The position numbers and the translations under genes are program-made. A DNA stretch of 63,297 nucleotides, the filler included, from Rhabdomonas costata (lineage: Eukaryota), in the NCBI GenBank assembly GCA_019059605.1. It is 31 parts of 31 records of this genome, joined end to end, with 100 filler letters (N's around TTAATTAATTAA, not from the genome) between each part and the next. Parts side by side here need not be neighbours in the genome. Positions count along the whole stretch, not along the records: positions 22,515 to 24,461 come from JAHMHO010007097.1; positions 24,562 to 26,510 come from JAHMHO010007098.1; positions 26,611 to 28,557 come from JAHMHO010007099.1; positions 28,658 to 30,604 come from JAHMHO010007100.1; positions 30,705 to 32,650 come from JAHMHO010007101.1; positions 32,751 to 34,696 come from JAHMHO010007102.1; 25 more parts are not named here. One strand, given 5' to 3'. The notes beneath the pieces were generated by a model. It saw only the letters and a program-made list of their open reading frames with translations. It did no database searches and was not told the origin of the DNA. This document shows, piece after piece, positions 22,951-34,796 of this stretch. How positions within the stretch are numbered: the stretch's first letter is position 1; each line of letters opens with the position of its first letter.

Positions 22951-24181
22951 GTCGTTTTCACTCTGAATGCCACCAACGCGTTGAAGCTCGTGGGAGAGTC
23001 CTATCCCTTCCACGGCGGAGAACTTGTGTACCTACTGGACAACCACAACTCAGTTGGTGCCCTGCGGGAGTACGCGACCAAAGCGAGTACTCCTGCCAAG
23101 GTGACTGTTGTGGACGTCCATCCTCCCGAGCTGCGCGCCCGCCAGGACGAGGTGATTGGCATGCTGTGCACGCCACCTCCTCCCACGGGGGGGCGGAGGC
23201 TCTTCGCGTTCCCGGCGCAGTCCAACTTCACCGGGGTTCAGCACCCCTTAGGTGCGGCTCCTCCTCCACCAGCCTGATGCTGCCCATGGCATGGTGGGAG
23301 AAATGAAATGCTGGATTTGACACCCATCAAATCTGTAATCAGCAAACAAACCACCTTACACAGGCAAGTGACGGCAAGCAGACGAATGACATGGGTACCG
23401 AGGCATGCCATCCAGCCAACTATGCACCCTGCCCACCCTGCCCACCCTCTCATTATCTGGGGAGGTGTGCCTTAGCGGCTGTTGTATTGCGGGCCGCTAA
23501 ACAGTCCTAGTCTTTGCTTTTGAGCCTCCCACCCCAATATCAATCGTACGTCCCTCCAGGACGCGAGTAAGAAGGCAGCTCGAATTAAATTCGAGGAATT
23601 CGAGAATTAATATATGTGAGCTAAGTCAAATCCCGAAACTCAGAGTTGAGTATGCGAGCTTCTCTGGAAACGCTCCAGTATGCGTAGAAGGGTTTCTTTT
23701 CGTTTGCTTCCGCTTGATGAGGACTGAAAAAGTATGAGATTTAGAGTTGACGCTGTAACCTAACTCATCTTCCGTTATCTATAGCCCCGATTGTCAACCA
23801 GACGGGTTGCGAGGGGGGCTGGCGCATACCCCCGCGTCTGAAACACCTGGGCAAATCTGTCGCCCAGTCGGGTCGTTGAGCACTGCAGAATCGTTTCGCA
23901 CACATGCGCGCGCGCACACACACACACAAACGCTTTGACGCCCCGATCTTTTTCCCGCAGAGTGGATCGCTGTGGCCAAGTCGCATGGCTGGGACGTGCT
24001 GCTTGACGCCGCGGCGTTTGTTCCAACAAACATACTAGACCTGGCGCTGTACAAGCCCGACTTCGTGGACCTTTCGTTCTACAAGATGTTTGGGTTCCCC
24101 ACCGGGGTGGGTGCCCTACTGGTGCAAAAGAATGCCCTGGAACATCTGATCCGGCCTGCCTTCTTTGGGGGCACCGTCGAG
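22951..24181 (+). CDS. Molybdenum cofactor sulfurase-like class V PLP enzyme, partial (2 exons)
   Basis: Exons 22951-23251 and 23961-24181. Motifs: VFTLNATNALKLVGESYPF, DNHNSV, LFAFPAQSNFTG, VLLDAAAFVPT, PDFVDLSFYKMFGFPTGVGALL (PLP lysine), FFGGTV. Confidence 0.9.
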
Positions 24182-24561
24182 GTAAGCTTCTTTTTTCTTT
24201 CTTTGAAGCCACAGTGCTGTGCAGGTTGGGGGGTGGGGGTAACCCACAAATTATTCGCCACGCAGCGTTTCGGGAGGCCTGCTATATATACAAAAGACCC
24301 CAGGCCTGCTTCGGCTTAGCCCTCTACAACCCACAAAACACAAAATAAAAGGGGCTTAAAAAATGGACAATAATTCTGTATCTCGTTGCCCCCTTCCCCA
24401 ACCCGTCAATATTGCGCAACAAAAGTTGAGGGCCGGAAGTAACATAGTACCATCACACCTCNNNNNNNNNNNNNNNNNNNNNNNNNNNNNNNNNNNNNNN
24501 NNNNNTTAATTAATTAANNNNNNNNNNNNNNNNNNNNNNNNNNNNNNNNNNNNNNNNNNNN

Positions 24562-26382
24562 TGTTGTGGGGCAGGTTGGGGGGCAGGCCCGCCTCTGCCA
24601 CCTCGGCCCCTACGCCCGCCGAGGAATCAGGGGCAGTGTCAGGTGCCTGGCGTAGGAGAGAAGGCAAATCGCAGCTGTAGCCTCAATCCTCAAAAGAATG
24701 CGTGCAACGCATCCTAGACTCGATGTCCAAGTTTGCCTCAAAATTGAGAATTGTTCTTTTGTTGTGCATCAACGTTTACGAATTCCGATTGCTGGATCAA
24801 AATGGTGGCATAAAAACAAGACTGCTTTTCGAGTTCTTGACACAACGCGGTGTATGCAGTCACCTTCAGGATGACCAACACAAGGCTACTGATGTCACCT
24901 ACCATTTGGGTGAGGGGATGCATTTTCGTTCTCATTTTTAAAAATCGATTTCGCGTCAAGGCGCGATGTTTTGCTGAAAGTTCCAGCCATGCGGTAATGC
25001 ATATGATGCTGAGCACAAGCTATTTGACCTGTGGGGTTAACAAAGGTGGTTTTGCCATTGTTAAGCAGAAAAGCATACGAAAACAACAAAGAAAGTTCTG
25101 AATTGATGATGAAACATCATTAATACAAATACACCGTTCATTTTTGTGCATGAGGACCAAAGCATAGTAGCGCAGGTTGGGTTGGGTTGGGTTAAGAGTT
25201 CGCATTTGCTTAGGCAAGTGCTGAACCGCATAAATGGCCGACCCATGCCTTTTCCACTGCAGGGTCGTGACCCTCAAACTGGTCTTCGGCATCAGGGAGG
25301 CCAGGCTGGCCTTCTACCTCGCCGCCATTCTCTCCGCTGTGGTGGTCATGCTGGTCGCCTCCCTCAGGGTTGGCGTCACTGTAGTGTTCGTGTGGGGGAT
25401 TGTCGTCGAGGGGGCCGTCCGAAGGGTACCTTTTTCAGTAATGGAGTCTGCGTGCAACCTGACGAGTCAGCCGTGTCTGGAAAGTATGAGTGACTGATTA
25501 CGAGTAAGAAATCTGTTCAAAGCACCGTTCTCAGAATTTTGAAGACTCCAAATTTCCGGGCATAGCAGCGAGCAATGAATCGAGTAACGTAGTCACTAAA
25601 CCACTGCGCCTGCCCTGTTGTTCCCTCCGTCAGCGTGCTAACTGCATCTGGTGCTCCACGTGAACGCTGCTATTAAACCATCAATAAACTTGTCGGCGGG
25701 ATAGAATGGTTGGGTGCGGAAATGGAGACCGCCTTGGCGGGTTCCTCTCCTCACGTTGCCCGTTTCTGGTACGGTTAATTCTTTTTCAACGACCTCGCAA
25801 AAAAATATCGGCGAGATCAAATAGAATGTGGACCAGTACGGGAGGGGGGGGGGAGTTGAAAGGTGAGAAGTACAACCCGCAATGCTCTGCAGTACGAAAC
25901 TATGGAGCTCAACCCCGTAGAAAATGCTGCGTTTAGAGGTGCATCGCGTTTGTCCCCCCCATACTTGCGTCCTCTCAAACAGTCGCTCCGGCCGCTGTAC
26001 CGTACAACGGCGTCATTATAGAAGAGAGAGTAAACTTATTTGAATACAATATTTTATTGTGGCAGACTGATGGATCATCAAATGAATCCAACGGTGCCAA
26101 ATCGGGACTCCACGTCACTCACTTCATCGCGCTGGTCTTTGATCAGCCACTGCAAAGGTTCCCGCGCTGAAAAGCCAACTACAGCCAGCTTTGCCAAACA
26201 AACATCACGCATACTCCAGGCATATCCCTTCTCCTTGGGCAAGGGGTATGTCATACTGAGCAGCATCTGCGGGATCGCCCTCACCCCCTTGGTCGCTAGT
26301 ATCATCCCCGTCATCGTAGTGATCTTCACCCGGAGGCGAGGTCTCCAGCTGGCTCTCAAAACGGTGGTCCTCGGAAGTGTGC
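24562..26382 (-). CDS. Acidic low-complexity hypothetical protein, partial (3 exons)
   Basis: Exons 26382-26215, 25429-~25250 and 24646-24562 splice in phase. The product is D/E/G/P/H-rich, the introns are T-rich on the minus strand, and the first donor is gtatgc. Confidence 0.5.
24702..25080 (+). mobile_element. Possible highly decayed Gypsy-type RT fragment inside an intron
   Basis: Frameshifted RILDSMSKFASKL, HQRLRI, KTAFR and VTFRMTNT occur in RT motif order; no clear YxDD. Confidence 0.3.
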
Positions 26383-26644
26383 CTTGGGGAAATTCGGACA
26401 AAAGTTACATACACGGTTACAGAGAATTTTATGCCACATACATGTTTGCGCCGCCAAATGCAAAATACAAACGGCTCCCACCCCAACAGCACGGAACATA
26501 CAAACACAAANNNNNNNNNNNNNNNNNNNNNNNNNNNNNNNNNNNNNNNNNNNNTTAATTAATTAANNNNNNNNNNNNNNNNNNNNNNNNNNNNNNNNNN
26601 NNNNNNNNNNAAAACATTGGCCATCCGGGTCATCCCCACTGTCG

Positions 26645-26674
26645 CCACCACCACCACCACCACCACCACCACCA
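26645..26674 (+). repeat. (CCA)n microsatellite
   Basis: About ten tandem CCA units. Confidence 0.9.
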
Positions 26675-28321
26675 AACACTCTGACTCACCCTAGCGCTTA
26701 CCTAAACAGGGTGCAGGGGGGATTCTTCTTGGTTTTCCCGAGCATTCAACCTGACCGGGCACTGTTCAAAATGCTCTGCAAAATTCTCTAACAGTTAATC
26801 TAACGGTAGAGATTTTGGCCAGGTTCGCATAAAAACCAACACTTACCCAGCATTAGCAATGACCGCTCCTTTTTTGTTTCGTATTATGCAGTAGTGTTTT
26901 AACGTTTTGGCTAAAAATGTAAACCTTCAGATGAGCTGCCGCCACTGGCACGGCGATCCTCATCTTTTGGACCCTCCTGCTGAAACTCTAGCTCAAGATG
27001 GAGCTCCTGCGGAAATGTGGGTCCGTATATGTGTTTCAAAGTCTTTTACGAACATTCCAAGAATGACCGGTGAGCAATGGTGATTTCGACTGCTTCCTAC
27101 CTTTTCACATCCGAAATGGGTCCCCCCCCCGCTGAGAGGAGGCAATCCCGAAAATGGAACAAACAACGAAGAAAGGAACAAATTGAACAAGTGAGAGGTT
27201 GTGGATCTGGGACCACCACACCTGGGGCGGGGCGGGGCGGGGCCGGGTCCCATCAGTTGCCAACATGCTCGGAGGGTGGTCCCGCCGATCTCCAACATGC
27301 ATATGGGGTGCCTATGATGCAGAGAGCAGAGTGGCCCTGGTCTCACAACAAAGAAAAATTGCCCCTATCCGGGGAGCGGACGAAGAACAAAGGATGCCGC
27401 GCGCTCCCCCGGAACACACAAGTATGTTAATAAAGAAATAAAGCACAAAAGGTGTGGGAGGGGCAGCAAATCCCACAAACACAGTCCCCTCCCTCCCTCC
27501 CCTCACATTATCTTAGCACAACACTCCCTATTCTTGCTCAACTCTGCAGCTCCAGCACAAAGGAAGAAACGGAAAGAATGCGATGGCAGAACGCCCTTTC
27601 ACCAAAGAGAAGGACCCTCTGAAGAATGCTCGCACCTTCCCCTTTATCCCCTCTCCCTCCATGCTCCCTGGTTGCTGCTCATCGCACCATCCCATGGCTT
27701 TACTTCGTCTCGCCGTGGAGCACGGATCCCATTCTAAAATAAGCAAAACAAAAAAAGCCAAACCACTGCTCCACCGAAACAAAGCAGGAAAGCGCGGACA
27801 GAAGACATCAGGGGAGCGGAAAAGACTGGAACAAGGGCCCGAACTCCGAACTCGAATTGTGCCCTTACCTGTACAATACCCCCGAAAAGGCAAGTGTCGG
27901 CCCAATTGACGGTCGGGCGATGGGAGTGGTAACGGTACCCATGGTGACACAAAACAGACTAACGATATTGCTACTCAAGCTTGAAAGGGGTTTGGTAACG
28001 GATGCCAGCACCTTCGCAAAGATTAGCTTAAGCATGAGGGGGGTTACTTAAACTAAGATGAGTATTTTTGATTAGCATGTCAAAAACGTAATGCTGGCAA
28101 AGGATTAGCCTATTACTGGGGTTTGGGCAGATGAGTAGAACAGCATAAAGTTAAGGGCGAAAACTAGTCCGCGGTGCTGCCGGAGCAGGCGGCTGGGGCG
28201 CGAACTTGGGAGGCCTTTAACGACTTTTGTCAAATATATCCAATAGGAACTCCTGCGCACTCAACACTTATATTTTGCACGGCTACCCACTACTGCACCT
28301 CCTGAGCCTCACCAAACATGC

Positions 28322-28557
28322 CAGGGCGGTGGGCATCAGGGGTCACCCACCTGGCGGGAAACGAAGCGCGGGTCGCTATCGTCTTCGCAGACGAATCGGG
28401 AACGCAGCTGCGGGAGATGGCAGCCTCTACCACAGGCCCCAGGGAGCCCTTCTGGGCGGCCTGGTGGATAGTCTTCAGCAGAGCCGTGGCGCGGGTCGGG
28501 AGAGCCCCACGGACCGTGGAGCGAACCTCGAGGTAGGGGGAGGTGCACCCCCACACC
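28322..28557 (-). CDS. Hypothetical protein exon
   Basis: Open GC-rich frame YLEVRSTVRGALPTRATALLKTIHQAAQKGSLGPVVEAAISRS...; ends at G|gcatgt or at a nearby gtgagg. Confidence 0.35.
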
Positions 28558-28657
28558 NNNNNNNNNNNNNNNNNNNNNNNNNNNNNNNNNNNNNNNNNNN
28601 NTTAATTAATTAANNNNNNNNNNNNNNNNNNNNNNNNNNNNNNNNNNNNNNNNNNNN

Positions 28658-30021
28658 CCAGCTCCACCCCAATCGTCACCCGCTTCACCTGCTCCACGCT
28701 CAGCCCCGCGCCCTTCACCCCGATCAGCTGGTTCGCCAGCGGCCGCAGCTCCAGAAGGTCCAGCACTAGCCTCACGATGTCCTCTTTGGCCTCGTCGGAA
28801 ACGGTGCTGTTTAGAGGAGTCAACGATGCTCACCTCGGCGCGCCAACCCAAAGACTCACCCACACTGCACCGCTCCTGCAACCTCGGGCTGCTAACATAC
28901 AGAAACGCGGTCCTAAAACTACTCGGGTCTTAACTCTGCGGTTCCGTTGTCCGGTTTTCAGGATGGCTTCTCTCCTCCAAATACCAATTACTCAGATCCA
29001 TATCTTAAGCGCCTTCCACACAGAGGAACAGAACAGGAGAGCGTCACAGCAGCAGTAGCAGACCTGGGGAGTCTCAGCCGTGCAGAAAACCGCAGGGCCT
29101 CCCGCACCGTCGCCGCAGGAGTGTGCAGGTCCAGCTGCTCGACATAGCTTTTGGTTAAAGGTGTGAGCGTGGGCGTGGGCCGTCGTAGCTCATGTCCCAT
29201 TTTTAGTAGTTACTTGAAGCAAAATCATTTGTCTCGTGTGTGCGCATAGTGCGCATAGTGCGCTGGCTGTAACCTCCACAACGGCCATTAACTGACGGGT
29301 GCGCGCGCTGTTGATCATGGATGCTCTCAGGAGGGACGGGGCGGTGGGCCTTCTCTTCTTGAAACGCCACATTTTGGGTCTTTTCCTTTCGGATGTGCAG
29401 GCGGATGTGAGCACGTTGTCCATGCGCTCTGAGCGCAAAACAAAGCTGATTTATTGCCATGTGTGCGTATGAGAATGTGCATGTGCTTCCGTGATGTGCA
29501 GTCAATGGTATTCACGTTTCCTACCGCACATCACGACAAGACAGCCCACAACCATATTGAATTCACGAGCTTCATGTCTCGATGCCTGAAAAAAAATGTT
29601 ACGTCTTTCATTCTGTGTGGGAATAGAGAAAGAAGCAGTCTGCTCCGAGTTGGATTCCACTAACAGGCCCCTGCGTCCAGGGTAATGGCACGTTCTATGA
29701 CTCTAGTCCGCAAAACAGGAAACAGAGCTTCCCTCTGCCGTCCGCCGCGAGTGCTGAATTCAGTGCAGCGGGCTGTGGATCGGGGAGCACAGCAGACCCA
29801 GAGATCCGGCCAAACTCCAACGCACTCATTGGCCGCCCGTTCAGCAGGATGTCCCCAGTGATCTTCCCCGTGGTCTTCCGACCAGCCAACACGTCCAGCA
29901 GGGTGGTCTTGCCTGCGCCGCTGCTCCCCATTAGGGCGGTCACCGTTCCTGGCTTGGCGAAGCCGCTAACCTCGTTGAGCAAGGTTAGGTTGTAGCGGCC
30001 GCTTTGTCCAGGAAGATCAAC
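28658..30021 (-). CDS. ABCG/PDR-type ABC transporter, second NBD, partial (3 exons)
   Basis: Exons 30021-29798, 29147-29064 and 28806-28658. [37 protein letters not shown] (Walker A), [24 protein letters not shown] and [16 protein letters not shown] (PDR NBD2 signature). Confidence 0.95.
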
Positions 30022-30725
30022 CTTCAAGAGGGAAACCCACAGCATAGGTCGCCTTAGAAACCTTCAGGTGCTATCCAACAGTTTTCGACGCTCCGCTGCG
30101 TGACGGATCCTTTCGACTTGGGTATCTCTTGACGACTTGTCTCGAGCCAGGCCTGGAAGTGTGATATTTAACCTGAAGCCATCTGTGAAGCCTTCATTGG
30201 GGTGGAAAGCTGAGATTAATAAGCAAGGGCTGATAAGAGCCAGCAAAAAGGTTGCAAGACCAGACTTGACTTCCCGAGAGGTGACAGATACCAGCGGAGT
30301 CATTTTAGGCTAAAAGCAGCTGCTCAGGGTGCGGTAGGGTCGCACGTCAAAACGAAAGAAAACTCAAACAATACGGGAATGCACAGGAGCACGTCGGGCA
30401 GCGATCCGTTGATAGTATTGTACAGCCATGCGCCTTTTTTGGGGAGGTATCCAGGTCGAAACCTCATATTCCCCAAAAGGGTAGAGGAAGGGTAGAGGAG
30501 GCATAGCATGTCTTCCCCCACACACGCGATTCGTGCAAAGCTGATGACGTGTTTTGCGTGTTCAGGCCAGGAAACCAAAAAGATGTCGCTACTCCACAAA
30601 AAACNNNNNNNNNNNNNNNNNNNNNNNNNNNNNNNNNNNNNNNNNNNNTTAATTAATTAANNNNNNNNNNNNNNNNNNNNNNNNNNNNNNNNNNNNNNNN
30701 NNNNTGAGCGTCATTCAGGTCCTGC

Positions 30726-32232
30726 CTACAGCCGGTGGTCATGGTGGTGAATGGTGGCCTCAATCTCCCAGTCCGCGCCGCAGCCGTGGTTGACCAGCCA
30801 GGCAGAGACTGCGAAGCCAACGTTGAAGAAGCTCTCGTGGGTCAGAAGGAGGACCACGAAGCCGTCACTGCTCGTGTACTGCGAAATCTGCGCCCCGGCG
30901 GCGTGGTCCAAGGCGGAATTGGAATCCCACCCCTCGGGATAGCTGTGCATGGAGAGAAAGCCCCGAAACGCACCGTTCTCACACTGTGGTATCCGTCGAC
31001 AGTACTTTTCAGGATACACCTGCACAGAAATTGACCGCGAGAAAAGTGCATGCAGAGGCGGATCTGTTGAGAAACCCGGTCAGGCGTGTGAGAAGGGAGA
31101 AAACAGTTCCTTACACAAAGAAGCGGCTCCCATCCCAGCTCTATACAATTTGTTCGCTGTTCAACAGGCAAAAAAAAAACTCTGCAAAATCACAACATGA
31201 AAAGGGAGGAGCTCAAGGCAGAAGAAGAAGTTTGCGGGCGGGCGGGAGGAAATGACGGCATCCGTGTGATATGTGTGAGGGATCGAGCGATGGAATGAGT
31301 GAGTGAGTTAGAAATTGTGCTCGTGAGCACGTTCCATGTACTTACCCATTGCCGTTTGCATGTTTGTGAATGCGGATGGTTGATTGTGCAGTGCAGCAAA
31401 TCGTGAGCGCAATGAAGGCTGGGAAGTAGGAAGGCACGGAGAAGGCAGTAAAGAAAGGGTAGGATGGTGGCAGGCGCCTGCATGTTCAGATTTGTTGGCG
31501 TGTTCGCTGCTTAGTAAGAGAACCGATCCTCATGTGCCGAGGTACCCTGCTGAACAAACCGTAGCTCTCAGAGCTCCTCGGCCACTCACAAAGCTGTCGG
31601 TGCGTATACCGGTGGTGGGTGAACAACCCATTGGGTGAAAAGGAAATGAATAATACGGGATGAGTTCATAGCACCTTTGACGGTTGGCAGCACAGCCCAC
31701 GATCTCGCTCTTAATCGCGGCGTTAACCCCGTAATTGTACCTGTGGGAAGAAGGTGAAGCATGAGTACGCCTTTAACTGGGGTAGGTGGATGCGGTTGGC
31801 GGGGACGGAGCACGGAGCGGAAATAGCCAAAGCACGGCTATCACACGGAACGCTTGCCACTGGTTTCGACTACGTGCGGAATGCCATGGTTCCTTCTTTT
31901 GTTTAAACAGTTTCAATCATGACGAAGTTGCATCTCAGTCAGAGTCAGAGTCAGGGGGACAAAAATTGACCGTTTCCACAGGTTCCACCGTTCAAAAACC
32001 ACAGCTTATCATAAAAACGGGTGTAGCGAAGCGCTTATAATAGAACAGGATCAACATTGTTCTCATCAAAAATTCCCCAGAACTAAATGACTTTGCAAAG
32101 GGAACTCACGCTGCAGTGCCAAAAAGAAAAAACGGGAAGGATGGAACCAAGCGGAAGAGATACCCCTCAACCAGGAACCGGTACATTACTCCAGAGTGGA
32201 CGGGGATGTTGGTCTTGATGTGGACAAAGGCC
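30726..32232 (-). CDS. Uncharacterised conserved-domain protein, C-terminal part (at least 3 exons)
   Basis: Exons 32232-32164 (AFVHIKTNIPVHSGVMYRFLVEG), 31740-~31660 (YNYGVNAAIKSEIVG) and 30942-30726 (YPEGWD...ISQYTSSDGFVVLLL...GFAVSAW...IHHHDHRL*) have GT-AG borders in phase. Confidence 0.7.
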
Positions 32233-33026
32233 CTAGGGTTGGGAACAGGCATCCCAAGCTTTGGCCTCCTTGGGCACACCAGGAAGTCACGCCAGACCTG
32301 AGAGAGCAGTCCAAGGCATGATCATGCCACAATGAGGACAAAGACCCTGAATATCCGACCTACGGACACGGCCGTGGGGGGATGTTGACCTTGTGTCAAA
32401 TCCACCAGGCATTTGGAGGGTAACCAAATGTTTTTTGTTTCCACTTAGTGAGAAGCTCCCTTCGTCAGCCTCTGAAGATGTGCCAAACACTTCTGCCTGC
32501 CACTGACGCTGGTGCATGTCTGTGGTTGGGTGGGTGGGCGGCATGCCCTGGCCTGCTTCGTCAGCAGGTGGGGGAGGAACAAGTGTAGCCGCTCTGGAGC
32601 AGAGCCGGCGAAGGGTACTACGAACACTCCGGAGCGATCCCACCCCCCACNNNNNNNNNNNNNNNNNNNNNNNNNNNNNNNNNNNNNNNNNNNNTTAATT
32701 AATTAANNNNNNNNNNNNNNNNNNNNNNNNNNNNNNNNNNNNNNNNNNNNTTGTTTTTTGCCGCGTATCGCGCAACCTCCTGTTTTTGGTATTTTTGCAT
32801 TAGTTTGAAATTATGCAGTGACCTGGAGCTGCCAGGTTTCCATTGTGCGTGGTGCTGCAGCCCAGCAATGCGGCAATTGTGATGGCGGCACAGTGATTCT
32901 TGCAGAGCTCCCGCCATGGGGCGGTGGACTTGAGCAGGATACGGTGAGCAGGAGGAGTGGGAAAAGGCTGATCTGCTTTTGATACCTTTCATAATAGCCA
33001 GTGGTGGTGTCAATTGCAACGCACAG

Positions 33027-34378
33027 GTCACAGAAAACCGATGAGGTCTTCCGCGCCCGCAAGGCTGGCGACAAGAAGGTCAACATCGTCACTCCCGATG
33101 GTCTGTGTCTGTGGTTTTGGTTGAGTGGTTGTTTGGATGCACAAAAGAGGAAGAGAAGCAGATACACAAAAGCGGAGGGAGAGGGGTCAGGGGTAGGTAG
33201 ACGAAACGTTTGGTGCTTCTTTCTATCATACTTTAAGGCTGGGAGGCTTCCATAGAATTCATCTCAAGAGGACTTCCATCCTGTCAGAAATGGGTTCAAC
33301 CTGCCAGTCGAGCCTCAAGTTACGCCAGGTCTTATGTTCTTTTATCTCGTCTCCCGTGCACGCTTAAGTGAGACCAAAGTACAACCGCCACAGAAAAAGA
33401 CAAAGGGGAATACGTACTCGCTCCATCTCTCTCTGGACTTTATTCCTTGCATTTGCAGAGAGGGCCCGTCCCTCGAATGACAACACTTACCGCCCGCCCA
33501 GCCAGCGCGACGGGGCCCGGGAGGGCGGCGGTGGGGGTTAACAATTGAATTGTGAGGGAATTGTGAGGGAGGGGTGGCCCTGTCTATGTTTCTCTGGTGT
33601 CCGCTGAAATTGATCCTTGACAAGAGTATCGCGACAGCTGGTTCGGTTTCCGGACCTGGCTTCATGTGACTTGTGAATTTCACTTGCTGTGAGCTGCGGA
33701 GGCAGGGGCTACATATTGGTGTGGGGTTGGGTCTGCCTCCACCCTCTTTCCCCACATCACTAACGCACTTCTCTGAGTCGCATCCCGTTTTTGTTCTAGT
33801 CATTGTGTTTTCTTCCTTCTTTTTTCCCGCTTTTTGTTTTCCAGGCCGGCTTCCTTCGGAGCAATGGGCACGAAGACGCAGAGGGCTTTCACGGTGGTGG
33901 CCGTTTGCATCCCTCGAGGGATGTTGCTGCAGAAGCTGGCGAAGTTGATCCCCTTCAAGGTTAGGAGATTGCACTGCTGAGTTGGGACGGTCTTTGCAGA
34001 CCTTGTGGTCACGTTCCTTGTTTTCCGCGTTGTTTCCACACACCATTGACCAGTGTTGTTTCAAAAAAGTAGCGTATTTACCCCGCTGCACAGGATTTCC
34101 ACACCTGTGTACCCACCCTCTCATGTCATTGACGGGCATTCTCTCTCTTTTAGTATCCGATTCTGCAGAGGCGCGTGTTTCGGAGCTTTCTGCACGCACT
34201 ATTTGGGTTTGTTCAGGTTCTGGTCGACCACACAATCTACTCCCAGATCAGCATCAGCACTCAGTGCAGGCTGGCCCTTGTACTTCCTCTGGCCGACGGG
34301 AAGGCGGAGAAAGCCTATGAGGTCATTGGGGGGCTGCAGCAGGCCGACGATGAGTGGATGTATCAGCTCAAGGAGAAG
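33027..34378 (+). CDS. Class III adenylate/guanylate cyclase-like protein, partial
   Basis: Exons 33845-33960 (PASFGAMGTKTQRAFTVV...LQKLAKLIPFK) and 34217-34378 (VLVDHTIY...AYEVIGGLQQADDEWMYQLKEK) splice in phase and resemble the GNMG/VLVD/YEL...EWMY end of protist cyclase domains. Exon 33027-33100 is probably part of the same gene. Confidence 0.5.
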
Positions 34379-34796
34379 GTCTTTCACTGCATTTCATTTT
34401 CTATTCCCTTTTCTATTCCCTCCAAATTAGGACAATAGGTATTGTGAAGTACGTCCCTTGGATGACCCTTTCATTTGATCCTCATAAGGCGCTTTCCCCT
34501 TCGTAACCTCCCACCAAAGAACTTCTTCTCAGATCCACTTGCGGACCGTCTGCCATGCGCCAGCCAGCGCAGTTTCAGAGAAGCGAATTGTGACAGAAGC
34601 CTGTGTAACCTCGCGAGGAGAGCTCCAGAAACGATCACCCTGCGTATCAACGGGGGTCCTATGTATCACCACGGCTATGCGCTCAGCACAAACACANNNN
34701 NNNNNNNNNNNNNNNNNNNNNNNNNNNNNNNNNNNNNNNNTTAATTAATTAANNNNNNNNNNNNNNNNNNNNNNNNNNNNNNNNNNNNNNNNNNNN

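Noticed and set aside
33027-33100. BRCT/FCP1-like assignment for KTDEVFRARK...VNIVTPD
   Set aside because: The following Trp is missing and downstream exons do not fit FCP1.
33342-34235. 297-aa minus-strand ORF
   Set aside because: It is antisense to T-rich introns and exons of the plus-strand gene and has no protein-like features.
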